From: a virus
Lineage: Duplodnaviria > Caudoviricetes
Strand: one strand, 5' to 3'
IMG/VR virus record: IMGVR_UViG_3300027969_000041
DNA length: 64,000 nucleotides
In this document: one piece after another, positions 38,398 through 47,817 of the stretch
Layout: each line of letters starts with the position of its first letter
Position numbering within the stretch: position 1 is the stretch's first letter
Notes under the pieces: model-generated
What the model saw: the letters and a program-made list of their open reading frames with translations, nothing else
Database searches by the model: none
What the model was told of the DNA's origin: nothing
Program-made: the position numbers and the translations under genes

Positions 38398-38808
38398 TTA
38401 TTTGCTCATTAGTTTCATCATTGTGCGTACATGAACGCGATCTTTTTCTTTTTCATCTTCGGGCAGTTGATCGTAGGGTACATGTTGTGCCGCAGTATAA
38501 TCGTCTTTTGGGTTACGCTTCATCCATTCAATATGAATGTACTCTGCGGCTTGCTCAATATTGTTAGGAAATTTAGTTACAGCTTCTGCGGCAGCTTTAC
38601 CTGCGGCTAAATTTTCTTGTTGTGCTGTTGGGTGTAATTCCTCAAAAGGCACATTAATATCCGCTTTTGGACCACCGTTTTTGCTTCTTATCCTAGGAAC
38701 ATTTTGTTCATTTGGTGGCAATGATCTACGCCATTCTTCGTGTGCTGAACTAGCAAATTGCGTAACGGCATTCTCTGCCAATACAATGTTGATAAACTCA
38801 CGGATCAT
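38398..38808 (-). CDS. RyR-domain-like protein
   Basis: Two repeats AHEEW...VPFEEL and IHIEW...VPYDQLPEDEKEKDR. Confidence 0.68.
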   Translation of the reverse strand: MIREFINIVLAENAVTQFASSAHEEWRRSLPPNEQNVPRIRSKNGGPKADINVPFEELHPTAQQENLAAGKAAAEAVTKFPNNIEQAAEYIHIEWMKRNPKDDYTAAQHVPYDQLPEDEKEKDRVHVRTMMKLMSK

Positions 38809-39494
38809 TTACGATCTCCAAAAAGTTGTAATAGGTTAATAAACAAGTTGATGAAATCCATATATAGCGTTAGTGCTCCGCGAATTTCTGCACTATCACT
38901 AGTTTCCATACTAAGTTCTTCTCGAATCTTTTGTGTGTCATAGGCAGTTAAGCCAAGGAAGATAATAATGGCCAGTGCAGAGATTACCATCTGCATTACA
39001 GTACTACCAATAAAGATATTAACAATGCTGGCAATGATGATAGCAATTAAACCAACAAACATGAATTTGCCAAGACTGTCTAGGCTCTGTTTGGTAAAGT
39101 ACCCGTAGCCACTCATTACACCAAACAATACGGCTGCACCCATAAAGGCACTGACAATACTACCTATAGTGAATATGGCAAAGATTGTGGCAAAACTTAA
39201 TCCCATTAGGGCCGCAAAGCCATGTAGACAAAGTTGTGCTACCCCTTTACTAGGATTGTTACCTAGCACATAACTAACACCAAAGATTGCCGCAAGTGGT
39301 GAAAAGATCACAATCCATTTCATCCAACCTGTAAAAAAGAATGCCAACAACTCTGGGCTAGAGCCTACAAAGTAACTGACAAACATTGATACAATAACAG
39401 CAAGACTCATGTGTCCATACACACGACCCATTGCTGAGTTAATTTCGCTGGCAGAACGATATGTCATTCCGCCTGTATAAGTTGTTCCAAACAT
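38805..39494 (-). CDS. BAX inhibitor-1/YccA family membrane protein
   Basis: ~7 TM, AYDTQKI, ALTLYMDFINLFINLL; start reassigned to MFGTT. Confidence 0.9.
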   Translation of the reverse strand: MFGTTYTGGMTYRSASEINSAMGRVYGHMSLAVIVSMFVSYFVGSSPELLAFFFTGWMKWIVIFSPLAAIFGVSYVLGNNPSKGVAQLCLHGFAALMGLSFATIFAIFTIGSIVSAFMGAAVLFGVMSGYGYFTKQSLDSLGKFMFVGLIAIIIASIVNIFIGSTVMQMVISALAIIIFLGLTAYDTQKIREELSMETSDSAEIRGALTLYMDFINLFINLLQLFGDRK

Positions 39495-39528
39495 ATTATT
39501 TTCCTTTATAGTAAAAATCCTGTTTATG

Positions 39529-39563
39529 TATTTAATTATACACAAAACAGGAGTGATTGTCAA
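39529..39563 (-). promoter_or_regulatory. sigma70 promoter fused to a late-type core
   Basis: TTGACA-17-TATAAT immediately followed by TAAATA. Confidence 0.8.
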
Positions 39564-39920
39564 TTACTTTTTAACAAAAGTTTTCAAATCTGGCGGAGCC
39601 CATCCGACAGGTTTAAGCACTTTGCCATCTTCCCGTTTTCGAACCTTACCTGTTTCTTTATCAATCTTAGCAAAGTTAGTACGCATAACTTCTTTCCAAG
39701 CACCTTCTGCGTCCCACCCGGCACTATGTATAGCACCAATAGTAACAACTAAAATATCAATTAGCGCATCTAATGTTTCAACATCATCTGGCGCATCTTT
39801 AAGTTCTCGGTATTCTTCATCAATTAAATTCATATACATATCAAATTGATTTTGATCACCGGTGACACTTTGGTCACACGCCTTCATAAATTTTTCCTGA
39901 TCACGAAATGGATTTGTCAT
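39564..39920 (-). CDS. MazG-like NTP pyrophosphohydrolase
   Basis: LIDEEYREL, DALIDILVV, EVMRTNFAK, KREDGKVLKP. Confidence 0.85.
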   Translation of the reverse strand: MTNPFRDQEKFMKACDQSVTGDQNQFDMYMNLIDEEYRELKDAPDDVETLDALIDILVVTIGAIHSAGWDAEGAWKEVMRTNFAKIDKETGKVRKREDGKVLKPVGWAPPDLKTFVKK

Positions 39921-39921
39921 A

Positions 39922-40155
39922 TTATCCTCGTCCTGTTGTTGTTTTATTAATTGAGGGACCGGTGCTGGTAAAGTCAATTCCGGCCATCCGACCTTCATAC
40001 ATTTTACCATTCCATGTCATAGGTAACTTTACACTTTTGTTTAGTACCACAGTTAAGTTTTGTCGTTCTTTAAACTCGTGTACTGCTGCCTCTACTGTTT
40101 TACTTGAGTTTGCTTGTTTAACGGTACAAGTCTCACCGTATCTTGTTACTTCCAT
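39922..40155 (-). CDS. Hypothetical protein
   Basis: 77-aa ORF. Confidence 0.7.
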   Translation of the reverse strand: MEVTRYGETCTVKQANSSKTVEAAVHEFKERQNLTVVLNKSVKLPMTWNGKMYEGRMAGIDFTSTGPSINKTTTGRG

Positions 40156-40453
40156 CGTTGCCCCATCTTAGATAAAATTCGCTTAGTTTCTTTGCTTCGA
40201 GCTCTGCTACTACAATATATAAATGCCCGTAAGTGTGGGCATCTACTTGCCTGTGCCACACTGGAACTTCAATTGCATGTTCCATGACAAACTTACCTTG
40301 TTCACTCTCTTGCCAGTTCCATAACGGTTCTGCGGCATATAAGTCTGGATCTTCAACATCGCCCATACTAAATTTATGTACAACTGTCTTGTGAATTTCT
40401 TTCACAATCTCTTGCCCATCTTGTTCAACGACTTGGAATCTTACTGTACCCAT
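40133..40453 (-). CDS. Hypothetical protein
   Basis: 106-aa ORF. Confidence 0.7.
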   Translation of the reverse strand: MGTVRFQVVEQDGQEIVKEIHKTVVHKFSMGDVEDPDLYAAEPLWNWQESEQGKFVMEHAIEVPVWHRQVDAHTYGHLYIVVAELEAKKLSEFYLRWGNDGSNKIR

Positions 40454-40776
40454 ATTAGATGAAATAATGTTATAAATTTTTCAGCATCGCGCTTTGATTT
40501 AAACTGCCACATATCCCATGCAATTCTATTACAGTCTTTCCATTTTGTTAGTTCTTTTTCAGTCCACTCGATAATGTCGTCTAACATAATAGATCCGGAA
40601 TTTATAGTATATGATCCTCCAGAATCATGATGCCATTCTTCTTCGAGAGTTAATGTCCAACGATTTTTTATTTTTGTTAGAACTGTTTTGATGGTAGGAC
40701 CTTTTTCCATTGAGTATTTCAAATCATCATAGTCTGGATACACTTGTCCTATCATTTGGACCCATGCAGAATTCAT
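40441..40776 (-). CDS. Hypothetical protein
   Basis: 111-aa ORF. Confidence 0.7.
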   Translation of the reverse strand: MNSAWVQMIGQVYPDYDDLKYSMEKGPTIKTVLTKIKNRWTLTLEEEWHHDSGGSYTINSGSIMLDDIIEWTEKELTKWKDCNRIAWDMWQFKSKRDAEKFITLFHLIWVQ

Positions 40777-41255
40777 TATACTTTTTTCTTACGAGCAAAG
40801 TTTCGACGCTTGGGTTTAGCATCCTTAACTAATAGTGGAGTATGGCTAGCATCCTGTCTTGATTTTTCAAGTGCGGCATGAATAGCATCTGGACTAATAT
40901 CGTCTTCGGCAAAACTGCCCATACCGTCGTGTCCGTCATCTGTGAATTCTTCTTCACTGTTTGAAATAATTGACATACCAGTTCTAGCCAGCATACGATG
41001 TGCCGCATCTGGATTTTCAAATGCTTCTCGCAGACTACCTACATGACCATCTTTAGTTTGGCTAATAGTCTGCCATGTTCGAATCTCAAGCAAAGGTTCT
41101 ATCTCTGTAGGAATAGATACAACATAGTGCATATCATTATATCCTTCGATATTAAATGACTTAACTACAGTACCTTGTGTAGATTTATCATTAGCTCGAC
41201 GAACACCGTAAATCCAAACGACCTCGCCTACGTTGTATCTCTTTTTAACTGTCAT
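40776..41255 (-). CDS. Hypothetical protein
   Basis: 159-aa ORF. Confidence 0.72.
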   Translation of the reverse strand: MTVKKRYNVGEVVWIYGVRRANDKSTQGTVVKSFNIEGYNDMHYVVSIPTEIEPLLEIRTWQTISQTKDGHVGSLREAFENPDAAHRMLARTGMSIISNSEEEFTDDGHDGMGSFAEDDISPDAIHAALEKSRQDASHTPLLVKDAKPKRRNFARKKKV

Positions 41256-41261
41256 AATTTA

Positions 41262-41426
41262 TCAAGCCGGGGCTTGCTCTTTGCTTTTAACTTCGAGAAG
41301 ATCTTTAACGAATTTGATAGCCTTGCGGTCAGTATCATATACATATTCTTGATCTTCATCTTCGTCGGTACGCAAAGTAACGATAACACCGTTTTTAACT
41401 TTGCGTATTTCAATAGATTCAAACAT
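41262..41426 (-). CDS. Small hypothetical protein
   Basis: Manually translated MFESIEIRKVKNGVIVTL... (54 aa), AAGGA RBS. Confidence 0.62.
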   Translation of the reverse strand: MFESIEIRKVKNGVIVTLRTDEDEDQEYVYDTDRKAIKFVKDLLEVKSKEQAPA

Positions 41427-41440
41427 AGGAATCCTTTCTT

Positions 41441-42166
41441 TTATTTTGGCACACTTAGGTTATAGTTAAAGTGGAAAATACCGATGTGTGCTGTATCTCG
41501 GCTTAACTCTTGATCACACCAAATCTCATAGCCTGCCTTTTGAGCCTGCTGGCAGAAGAAAATATCTTCACCAATTTCTAAATTAAGGTGTGGAACATAT
41601 TCTTGCAAGTAATGAGGTTGTGGAATTTTTTCGTAAACTTCACGCTTACATAATACCATACCGTGCGGTAAAACATCAATTAGTTCCATTGCTGGACTAT
41701 TATCAGTTGTTTGAAACTCTGTGAAAGATCCTGCTTTACCACTCATACCGGTAAAGTTAGGATTAGGAAAACGTCGACGACGATAGTTAGCACCAACAAT
41801 AGGTTTGTCGCGAGCCAACAGACGCATAGGTGCGTCAATCGGGAATTTCATATCACTGTCAACCCACCAAATATAGTCAAAGTCTGACTTCAAAAAGATG
41901 TCAACTAAGTTTCGTCGAGCAATAGTGATAACACTACCGATGTTAAATGCACAGTTAATTTTAATGCCATTGGCAACCATATTGGCTGCGGCCATAGCCA
42001 AGTGCTGTGCAAATTCAGCATTAACCATTTCCATTGCCGGAACTGCAATCATAACACTAGGACGTTGACCTGGTTGTTGTGCAGGTTGCCCCATTGTACG
42101 TTGCATTGTCGCAGCCGCCGTAGGTGTCTGGCGCTGTGGAATGTTTAGTTTACCTTTGTTTTTCAT
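41441..42166 (-). CDS. GT-A fold glycosyltransferase (GT2-like)
   Basis: VMIAVP, ARRNLV, WVDSD (DxD), IGEDIFFC. Confidence 0.8.
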   Translation of the reverse strand: MKNKGKLNIPQRQTPTAAATMQRTMGQPAQQPGQRPSVMIAVPAMEMVNAEFAQHLAMAAANMVANGIKINCAFNIGSVITIARRNLVDIFLKSDFDYIWWVDSDMKFPIDAPMRLLARDKPIVGANYRRRRFPNPNFTGMSGKAGSFTEFQTTDNSPAMELIDVLPHGMVLCKREVYEKIPQPHYLQEYVPHLNLEIGEDIFFCQQAQKAGYEIWCDQELSRDTAHIGIFHFNYNLSVPK

Positions 42167-42184
42167 TTTCTTCCTTTGTTATAT

Positions 42185-42213
42185 ATAGTAACATATTTCT
42201 TGTTAATTTGCAA
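42185..42213 (-). promoter_or_regulatory. sigma70-type promoter
   Basis: TTGCAA-17-TACTAT. Confidence 0.6.
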
Positions 42214-42229
42214 ATTTATTTTTGCCAAT

Positions 42230-42976
42230 TTACAGTTCACCGAATTGTCCATTTTGTCCGCCCCATCCTCCGAGGAGCCAAAGTACTTCGACGCATGGTT
42301 TATCCTGTATCACAAAATGATACAATAAACATTCGAAGTCTATTATTTTTGCTAGTTCTGGATTATTAATATAGTATTCATACATTACTGTCAACGATTG
42401 GTTAAAGTCATCTAGTAATTCTCTACCTACAGCATATGATGTACTAGGTGTCCAAAATAATTTTCCATTGTTTTTTAGCAAATCGGGATAACCCCACCAT
42501 TCTAACCAATCCCATACTTTTGTATACTTAGAAATATATTTGTTGGTATTTTCTTGATTCAATACTGAGGTATCTACATCTGTGTAAAAATACCGACCAC
42601 TAACCTTAATAAAATAATCGTACTCTTTAAGTTCATTAATATAATGTTTTAAAAATAATATGGTTGCCGCAGTTTCACAAGTACCTTTTGAAGTATTAGT
42701 TCTACATAGATGTGTAACAACTGGATCTAATTCTTCAGCAGACACAACTTCTAAGTTACTGACATAATTTAAATCATTGCGGATTTTATCTACATTATGT
42801 CCTATCTCAAATAGAAATATTTTTGACTCTGGAAACAGCAATCGGATACTAGCAATAGTAAATTGTGTTTGCCTAAATCGTTCTTCTGCCGAAAAGGCAC
42901 TCCTAACTGGCGTATGTCCAAATCCATTCGTGCTATCTACATTGATAACAGAACTAATATAAAATGCAAGTTTCAT
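42230..42976 (-). CDS. Glycosyltransferase-like protein (paralog of 57597..58358)
   Basis: Shared SS.I, ER..QT..TIAS and K.SGRY motifs. Confidence 0.6.
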   Translation of the reverse strand: MKLAFYISSVINVDSTNGFGHTPVRSAFSAEERFRQTQFTIASIRLLFPESKIFLFEIGHNVDKIRNDLNYVSNLEVVSAEELDPVVTHLCRTNTSKGTCETAATILFLKHYINELKEYDYFIKVSGRYFYTDVDTSVLNQENTNKYISKYTKVWDWLEWWGYPDLLKNNGKLFWTPSTSYAVGRELLDDFNQSLTVMYEYYINNPELAKIIDFECLLYHFVIQDKPCVEVLWLLGGWGGQNGQFGEL

Positions 42977-43723
42977 TTAACGAGGCGCAAATTCTTGTTG
43001 TAATTTGATATTATCAAAAAACTCTTTTTTAGTATTGCCGTCATCTTTGAATGCACCTTTGAGTACAGTTGTCTGTGTTAATGAACTATGCGCCATAATG
43101 CCGCGATTCTCACAGCATCCGTGTACTGCCTGGATGTAAACACCTAGGTCTTTGGCTCCTGTGGCTTTTTCGATTTCCCTAGCAATGTCATTACAAAGTT
43201 CCTCCTGGAGAGTACCTCGACGGGCACACCACTGTGCGATGCGAGTGTACTTGCTGAGTCCGATGAGTTTCTCAGCGGCAATAATGCCAATATAAGCAAC
43301 CCCACTAACGGGTTGGTGATGATGGCTACACATACTGCGAAGCTCACTACGAACAACAAGCATACCTTCATAACGGTCCGCTGAGTCGTTGGGAAATGCT
43401 GTTGCGTCTGGTGCTGGTTCATATCTTCCTGCCATAATTTCATTAAAGTACATTTTAGCAAGTCGTCTCGCTGTACCTTTACTGTTAGGATCGTCTTCAC
43501 GATCAATAAGCAAACGATCTAGCACTAATTCAAATGCTTCTGTAGCTTCGTCAATCAGTTGTTCTTTGTTATAGTCGTTAACATATTCGCTAATGTTATC
43601 GCCTGCCCAAAACCTTTTTCCGTCGCGTCTCATCTTTGCGCGAAGATAGTTACCTAAATACTGCTCTTCTTGATAGCCGCCATCGCCTGCCATTGCGTCT
43701 AACCCTGTTTGTCTATTTGTCAT
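42977..43723 (-). CDS. folE: GTP cyclohydrolase I
   Basis: TARRLAKMY, SMCSHH, IGLSK, LQEEL, HGCCENRG. Confidence 0.95.
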   Translation of the reverse strand: MTNRQTGLDAMAGDGGYQEEQYLGNYLRAKMRRDGKRFWAGDNISEYVNDYNKEQLIDEATEAFELVLDRLLIDREDDPNSKGTARRLAKMYFNEIMAGRYEPAPDATAFPNDSADRYEGMLVVRSELRSMCSHHHQPVSGVAYIGIIAAEKLIGLSKYTRIAQWCARRGTLQEELCNDIAREIEKATGAKDLGVYIQAVHGCCENRGIMAHSSLTQTTVLKGAFKDDGNTKKEFFDNIKLQQEFAPR

Positions 43724-43769
43724 TATAATTGTTCTCCGATGTTAAGGCAGTGGATTGCCATATGTATTA

Positions 43770-43798
43770 ATAGTACAGTATTATTTAGGTTCTGTCAA
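43770..43798 (-). promoter_or_regulatory. sigma70 promoter of folE with TAAATA in the spacer
   Basis: TTGACA-17-TACTAT. Confidence 0.72.
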
Positions 43799-44689
43799 CC
43801 GTAGTAGTGTATTTTTTCTAACAGCGGCATCCAATACCATCATGCTAGCACCTACTTCTTCTGCGTATTTGAGTAAGGCAGCTGTGTCTTTTGGAAAGCA
43901 AGCACCACCGAAGCCGAATAATCCATCAGGACCTGGCACCCTCAAGTGGCTTGAACCAATTCTTGAATCTAAATTGACCATACTTATCACAGTATTGTAG
44001 TTCATACCGCCTGCTATTGCAACATTATGTATTTCATTCATAAATGATACTTTAGTTGCTAGATATGTATTGATAGTATACTTGGCTAGGGCGGCTTCAT
44101 CAATGGTGCAGAAGCGAACATTTTCACCGATGCCAGGTTGTCCCCAGCGAATAATACGTTCTGCATCTCGTTGATATGCACCCACACAACCGCCAATGAT
44201 AGCAAACTTGCCGTTAGCATAATCTCTACTAGCATCTGCGGCAGTTAAAAACTCAGGAGCATGGACTAGATTTTTATGTTTTGTCTGTAGTGCTTTATAA
44301 ACACTAGGAGGTGCTGTACTTTTGCTAATTATAACTCCATTGTATCCTAAAGATGCAAGTTTATCTAATGCACTTTCTAGATAGCTAGTATCGCAACTGC
44401 CATCATCGCCTTGTGGACTGGGAACACATATAAACACACCTTCGCAGTCTAACAGATCTTCATACTTGCCCTGCAGGCCTTTAGGAGGATCTACCAAAAT
44501 TAGATCACAGGCATGTTCCATGTTATCTCTAATAGCACTGCCGACAAATCCCAATCCGACAATACCAACCTTTGGCGGCTTATTAAAAAACATTTTATTT
44601 TCTTTCTTTATATTAATATAATTATCTGCAACTTCATCAGCAAAGATAATTTTTGCACCACCTAAAGTACCGGGCATGTCAAGAGTCAT
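43781..44689 (-). CDS. UDP-glucose/GDP-mannose dehydrogenase family protein
   Basis: GLGFVG, ICVPSP, KST, PEFL, KYTINTYLA, GFGGACFPKD. Confidence 0.9.
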   Translation of the reverse strand: MTLDMPGTLGGAKIIFADEVADNYINIKKENKMFFNKPPKVGIVGLGFVGSAIRDNMEHACDLILVDPPKGLQGKYEDLLDCEGVFICVPSPQGDDGSCDTSYLESALDKLASLGYNGVIISKSTAPPSVYKALQTKHKNLVHAPEFLTAADASRDYANGKFAIIGGCVGAYQRDAERIIRWGQPGIGENVRFCTIDEAALAKYTINTYLATKVSFMNEIHNVAIAGGMNYNTVISMVNLDSRIGSSHLRVPGPDGLFGFGGACFPKDTAALLKYAEEVGASMMVLDAAVRKNTLLRLTEPK

Positions 44690-44913
44690 TTAGTAAGCCC
44701 CGCAAAAATAAGTTCGCGCTCTGTAACACTGGCCACAGGTTGTAGCCATCCATTTTTTATAGCTTCCATAATTATTAATTTATGATGTCTTGGACAGGTA
44801 TTGCTTATTTCAAATCCCGCTCGGGGAGTGATAGTTAATCTGTCTTGGATCATAAAATTAGGATCTTCTTGCCTAATTGTGTGTACTTGGCTTTTGTAAA
44901 CGGTGTATGTCAT
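44686..44913 (-). CDS. Hypothetical protein (probably leaderless)
   Basis: 75 aa; ATG 6 nt after TATAAT. Confidence 0.7.
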   Translation of the reverse strand: MTYTVYKSQVHTIRQEDPNFMIQDRLTITPRAGFEISNTCPRHHKLIIMEAIKNGWLQPVASVTERELIFAGLTK

Positions 44914-44919
44914 GCTACT

Positions 44920-44948
44920 ATTATAGCATGAAATCTATGCTAGATCAA
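44920..44948 (-). promoter_or_regulatory. sigma70-type promoter
   Basis: TTGATC-17-TATAAT; inverted repeat CATGCTA/TAGCATG brackets the -10 and start codon. Confidence 0.68.
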
Positions 44949-45683
44949 TTAGCGACTTATCCAATCTTTGGCTCGATACGGCTTGCCCATTTTAGCATAT
45001 GGTATATAACGCATGACCTTTTTCTTTACCCGTTTAATAATAACATGATTATGATCGTAATTAAATGCTTTAAGATACATTCTCCAGCAATTAAATTTGC
45101 GTCTCATACCTTTTTGGTCTTCGCTGAGATATGCAATAACTTGTTCTTCGTTATTGTTGAACTTATCCATTAGTTCACAGGCAATGTTAAATCCGTAGGC
45201 ATCTATTTCATCACGGTTACCTAAGTACTCCTGTTCTTGCCGTTGTTCAGTTTTTTCTGCACTACTGGCATAATCTGGAAGTTCTTTGAACTTTCTACTA
45301 CGATATTGTCTCATATGTATAAGTTCGTGTAAGATAGTATCTGCAAACAATGCACACATTCTGTAGAATCGTTGATGGGTTACATATACAGATCCGATAA
45401 GAGGATTATAAACAAATACAATTTCTATACATTGTCTACGAGCTTTGTCATCATCGCTGTAGTAAGCACCACCTGTGTATACATGCCCAAAATCTACTTT
45501 TGTATCAGAACGCTTGATAACTTTTACAGGAAGTTGAGATTTAATATGTTTGGAAATTATACTATGGAATTTAGAATTGGTTAATTCCTGTCCAACTAGT
45601 TTGGGTGAAATTTCAGCCAAAAATTGTATTAGACCTTGACGATCTAGCATTGACCAATCAAACTTTGCAGTATTTCTAGCCAT
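44949..45683 (-). CDS. HExxH metallopeptidase-like protein
   Basis: LHELIH followed by EIDAY. Confidence 0.62.
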   Translation of the reverse strand: MARNTAKFDWSMLDRQGLIQFLAEISPKLVGQELTNSKFHSIISKHIKSQLPVKVIKRSDTKVDFGHVYTGGAYYSDDDKARRQCIEIVFVYNPLIGSVYVTHQRFYRMCALFADTILHELIHMRQYRSRKFKELPDYASSAEKTEQRQEQEYLGNRDEIDAYGFNIACELMDKFNNNEEQVIAYLSEDQKGMRRKFNCWRMYLKAFNYDHNHVIIKRVKKKVMRYIPYAKMGKPYRAKDWISR

Positions 45684-45729
45684 TGTACAGCCTTTATAGT
45701 ACCCAAATATTTAGCTGGGCATAGTTTCT

Positions 45730-45757
45730 ATTATACAATTACTTTTGGTTATGTCAA
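45730..45757 (-). promoter_or_regulatory. sigma70 promoter
   Basis: TTGACA-16-TATAAT. Confidence 0.7.
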
Positions 45758-45783
45758 ATAAATACTACTATAATTATTAATCC

Positions 45784-46518
45784 ATGCTAAATTTTCTAGA
45801 AATTTTACAAAACGGAATTACTATTGCTAGTTCGGGCACCAGTAGTGGTAAATCCAAAGAATATTACCAAAATCCCAAAAAATTAGAATCTGCTAACAAA
45901 GTATCTTTGGAGGCCCAGCATATAAATTCCGATAGTAAAATTTATACCTGTTGCAATATCAAACATGCAGGCGGGCTGTTAGCTCAAACATTGCCTGCCC
46001 TTAGCCTAGGAGCAACAGTAGATATTGTACCCTTTAACGCTTATAGGTTTATTGCAGATATAGGCAATTATACGCATACTCATATAACACCATTGCATGC
46101 CAGGGCAATCATGTTAACCAAAGGTTTTGAAAATTTAGATCTTTCAGGAGTTTGGATTACCTGCGGGGCTGACCCAGTCTCTTGGGAAATTATAGAAGAA
46201 TTTGTAAAACGTGGTGCAACATTTATGGTTAACTGGGGTATGAGTGAAATTGGACCAATTGCGATCAATATAGTATTTGATAATATGGAAAAAGTTAAAA
46301 GATACAAAGAATTGTCGCCCCCGAATGCAAGTATTTTAGGCAACACTGCATGGTGCCAATACAAAATAGTTGATGAAGAACTAGTAGTAAGCGGAGATAT
46401 TTGTATTTTTAATGGTTGGTATTGTACTAAAGATCGTGTAGTAGATATAGAAGGTACTCTATATTATCTTGGGAGAACTAATAAGGAACTAGATTTGTGG
46501 GAATCAAAAAAAAGTTAA
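45784..46518 (+). CDS. Minimal adenylate-forming (ANL/AMP-binding) enzyme
   Basis: SSGTSSGKSK P-loop-like motif, WGMSE, TKD, YLGR; no C-terminal lid subdomain. Confidence 0.72.
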   Translation: MLNFLEILQNGITIASSGTSSGKSKEYYQNPKKLESANKVSLEAQHINSDSKIYTCCNIKHAGGLLAQTLPALSLGATVDIVPFNAYRFIADIGNYTHTHITPLHARAIMLTKGFENLDLSGVWITCGADPVSWEIIEEFVKRGATFMVNWGMSEIGPIAINIVFDNMEKVKRYKELSPPNASILGNTAWCQYKIVDEELVVSGDICIFNGWYCTKDRVVDIEGTLYYLGRTNKELDLWESKKS

Positions 46519-47087
46519 CAACAGTACTTTATTCTGATATCCATAAACCGTCTCTAGAAAAGTTTTGTAAATTGTGTCAAGAGCAGGGATATAAAAACAA
46601 TCAAAGTTTAGATGCAATAAAACTTGAATGGTGTTTAGATCAAGGCGGTCAATTTTTTCTAACGTATATAGATGATATAATTGTTAGTATTAGTGGTTGT
46701 CATCCGTTGCCAGAAATAAGCAAGGATACTTATCGTATTTTGTTTAGGGGAGCAACTCTTCACCAATATCAGAATCATCTAGGAATCATGAGCAAAACGC
46801 ACATGACTTCGATTCCCTTTTACACACATATTCCATTAGCAATCAATTGGACAAATTTATTAGGAAATAAGCAATTAGTTATAACAACTAACTGGGATAA
46901 TTCTAATGTTGTTTCTATGAATAAAAGCCACAAGGTATTGGGCCTACTTGCAAAACAGGGAATAGTCGATTGCTTAATTGAAAAAACTGAATTATTTTAT
47001 ACTGAACAAACAGTGTGGCAACTAAACAAGGATAGATATACTGAAGTTAGAAATCAGTTCAAGCAACGGAATAATATAGATGACTGA
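46497..47087 (+). CDS. GNAT-like acyltransferase (tentative)
   Basis: GTG GGA ATC AAA reads on the plus strand at 46497 (ORF track strand is wrong); IVSISGCHP...YRILFRGATL pattern. Confidence 0.6.
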   Translation: MGIKKKLTTVLYSDIHKPSLEKFCKLCQEQGYKNNQSLDAIKLEWCLDQGGQFFLTYIDDIIVSISGCHPLPEISKDTYRILFRGATLHQYQNHLGIMSKTHMTSIPFYTHIPLAINWTNLLGNKQLVITTNWDNSNVVSMNKSHKVLGLLAKQGIVDCLIEKTELFYTEQTVWQLNKDRYTEVRNQFKQRNNIDD

Positions 47088-47817
47088 TCATAAAAACTAT
47101 CTATTCATACTTGCAAATCAAGGTGCCGGTGGACATCGCCTAGGTAGGTTAATCAGCACACTTGACTCAGTGTACTGGTATGCATCTGAAAAAAATGGAA
47201 TAACCCCTAACCAATTATTTCTTGATTATAGTCCTAATCGTGTATCAGGTAAAGATATCAGTGAATATCATTATGATAGATTAATTGGAGAACATACAGT
47301 TCCCTTAGTAGGAGAACGTATAGAAGTTTGGTGGAACAAAACTGACATAGATTTTTACTATAATTCTGTATGGGCATCGAGGATGTCTAAATTTTCTGAT
47401 ATCTTAGACACACAATATCTACATTGGGTATTACACGACACCCCCTTATCCATGCTAAACAGATTTTCAAATGCAAAAGTTATTTCTCTAATTGACACAG
47501 ACATAGATAGTGTCGCTGATCGATATTTGAAAACTACGGCAAAGTTTCCGGCATACTATAAATTGCCCGGCCTCAAACCAGATTACAAAAATCAATATGC
47601 ACAAGATGTATGTGCGTTAGAAAAAAAGAACCCAGGGGCAACCTTGCAAGATTTATGGGAATATCAAAACCCTAAACAGAACTATTTGCAATTTGTTAAA
47701 AATAAACTAGCGTTAGATAATAACCAGCGTATAAAAACAGATCACCCCAGGCATTTAAAAATAACCTGGGGTAATCTAGATCTAATATCAATTGAGAAGT
47801 TTATAAAACTACCTTAA
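47080..47817 (+). CDS. Sulfotransferase-fold-like protein
   Basis: N-terminal FILANQGAGGHRLGRLI loop resembling the 5'-PSB motif. Confidence 0.5.
   Translation: MTDHKNYLFILANQGAGGHRLGRLISTLDSVYWYASEKNGITPNQLFLDYSPNRVSGKDISEYHYDRLIGEHTVPLVGERIEVWWNKTDIDFYYNSVWASRMSKFSDILDTQYLHWVLHDTPLSMLNRFSNAKVISLIDTDIDSVADRYLKTTAKFPAYYKLPGLKPDYKNQYAQDVCALEKKNPGATLQDLWEYQNPKQNYLQFVKNKLALDNNQRIKTDHPRHLKITWGNLDLISIEKFIKLP

Noticed and set aside
46497-47087. ORF track lists this ORF on the minus strand
   Set aside because: GTG GGA ATC AAA AAA AAG TTA reads on the plus strand and overlaps plus-strand neighbours on both sides; reported as plus
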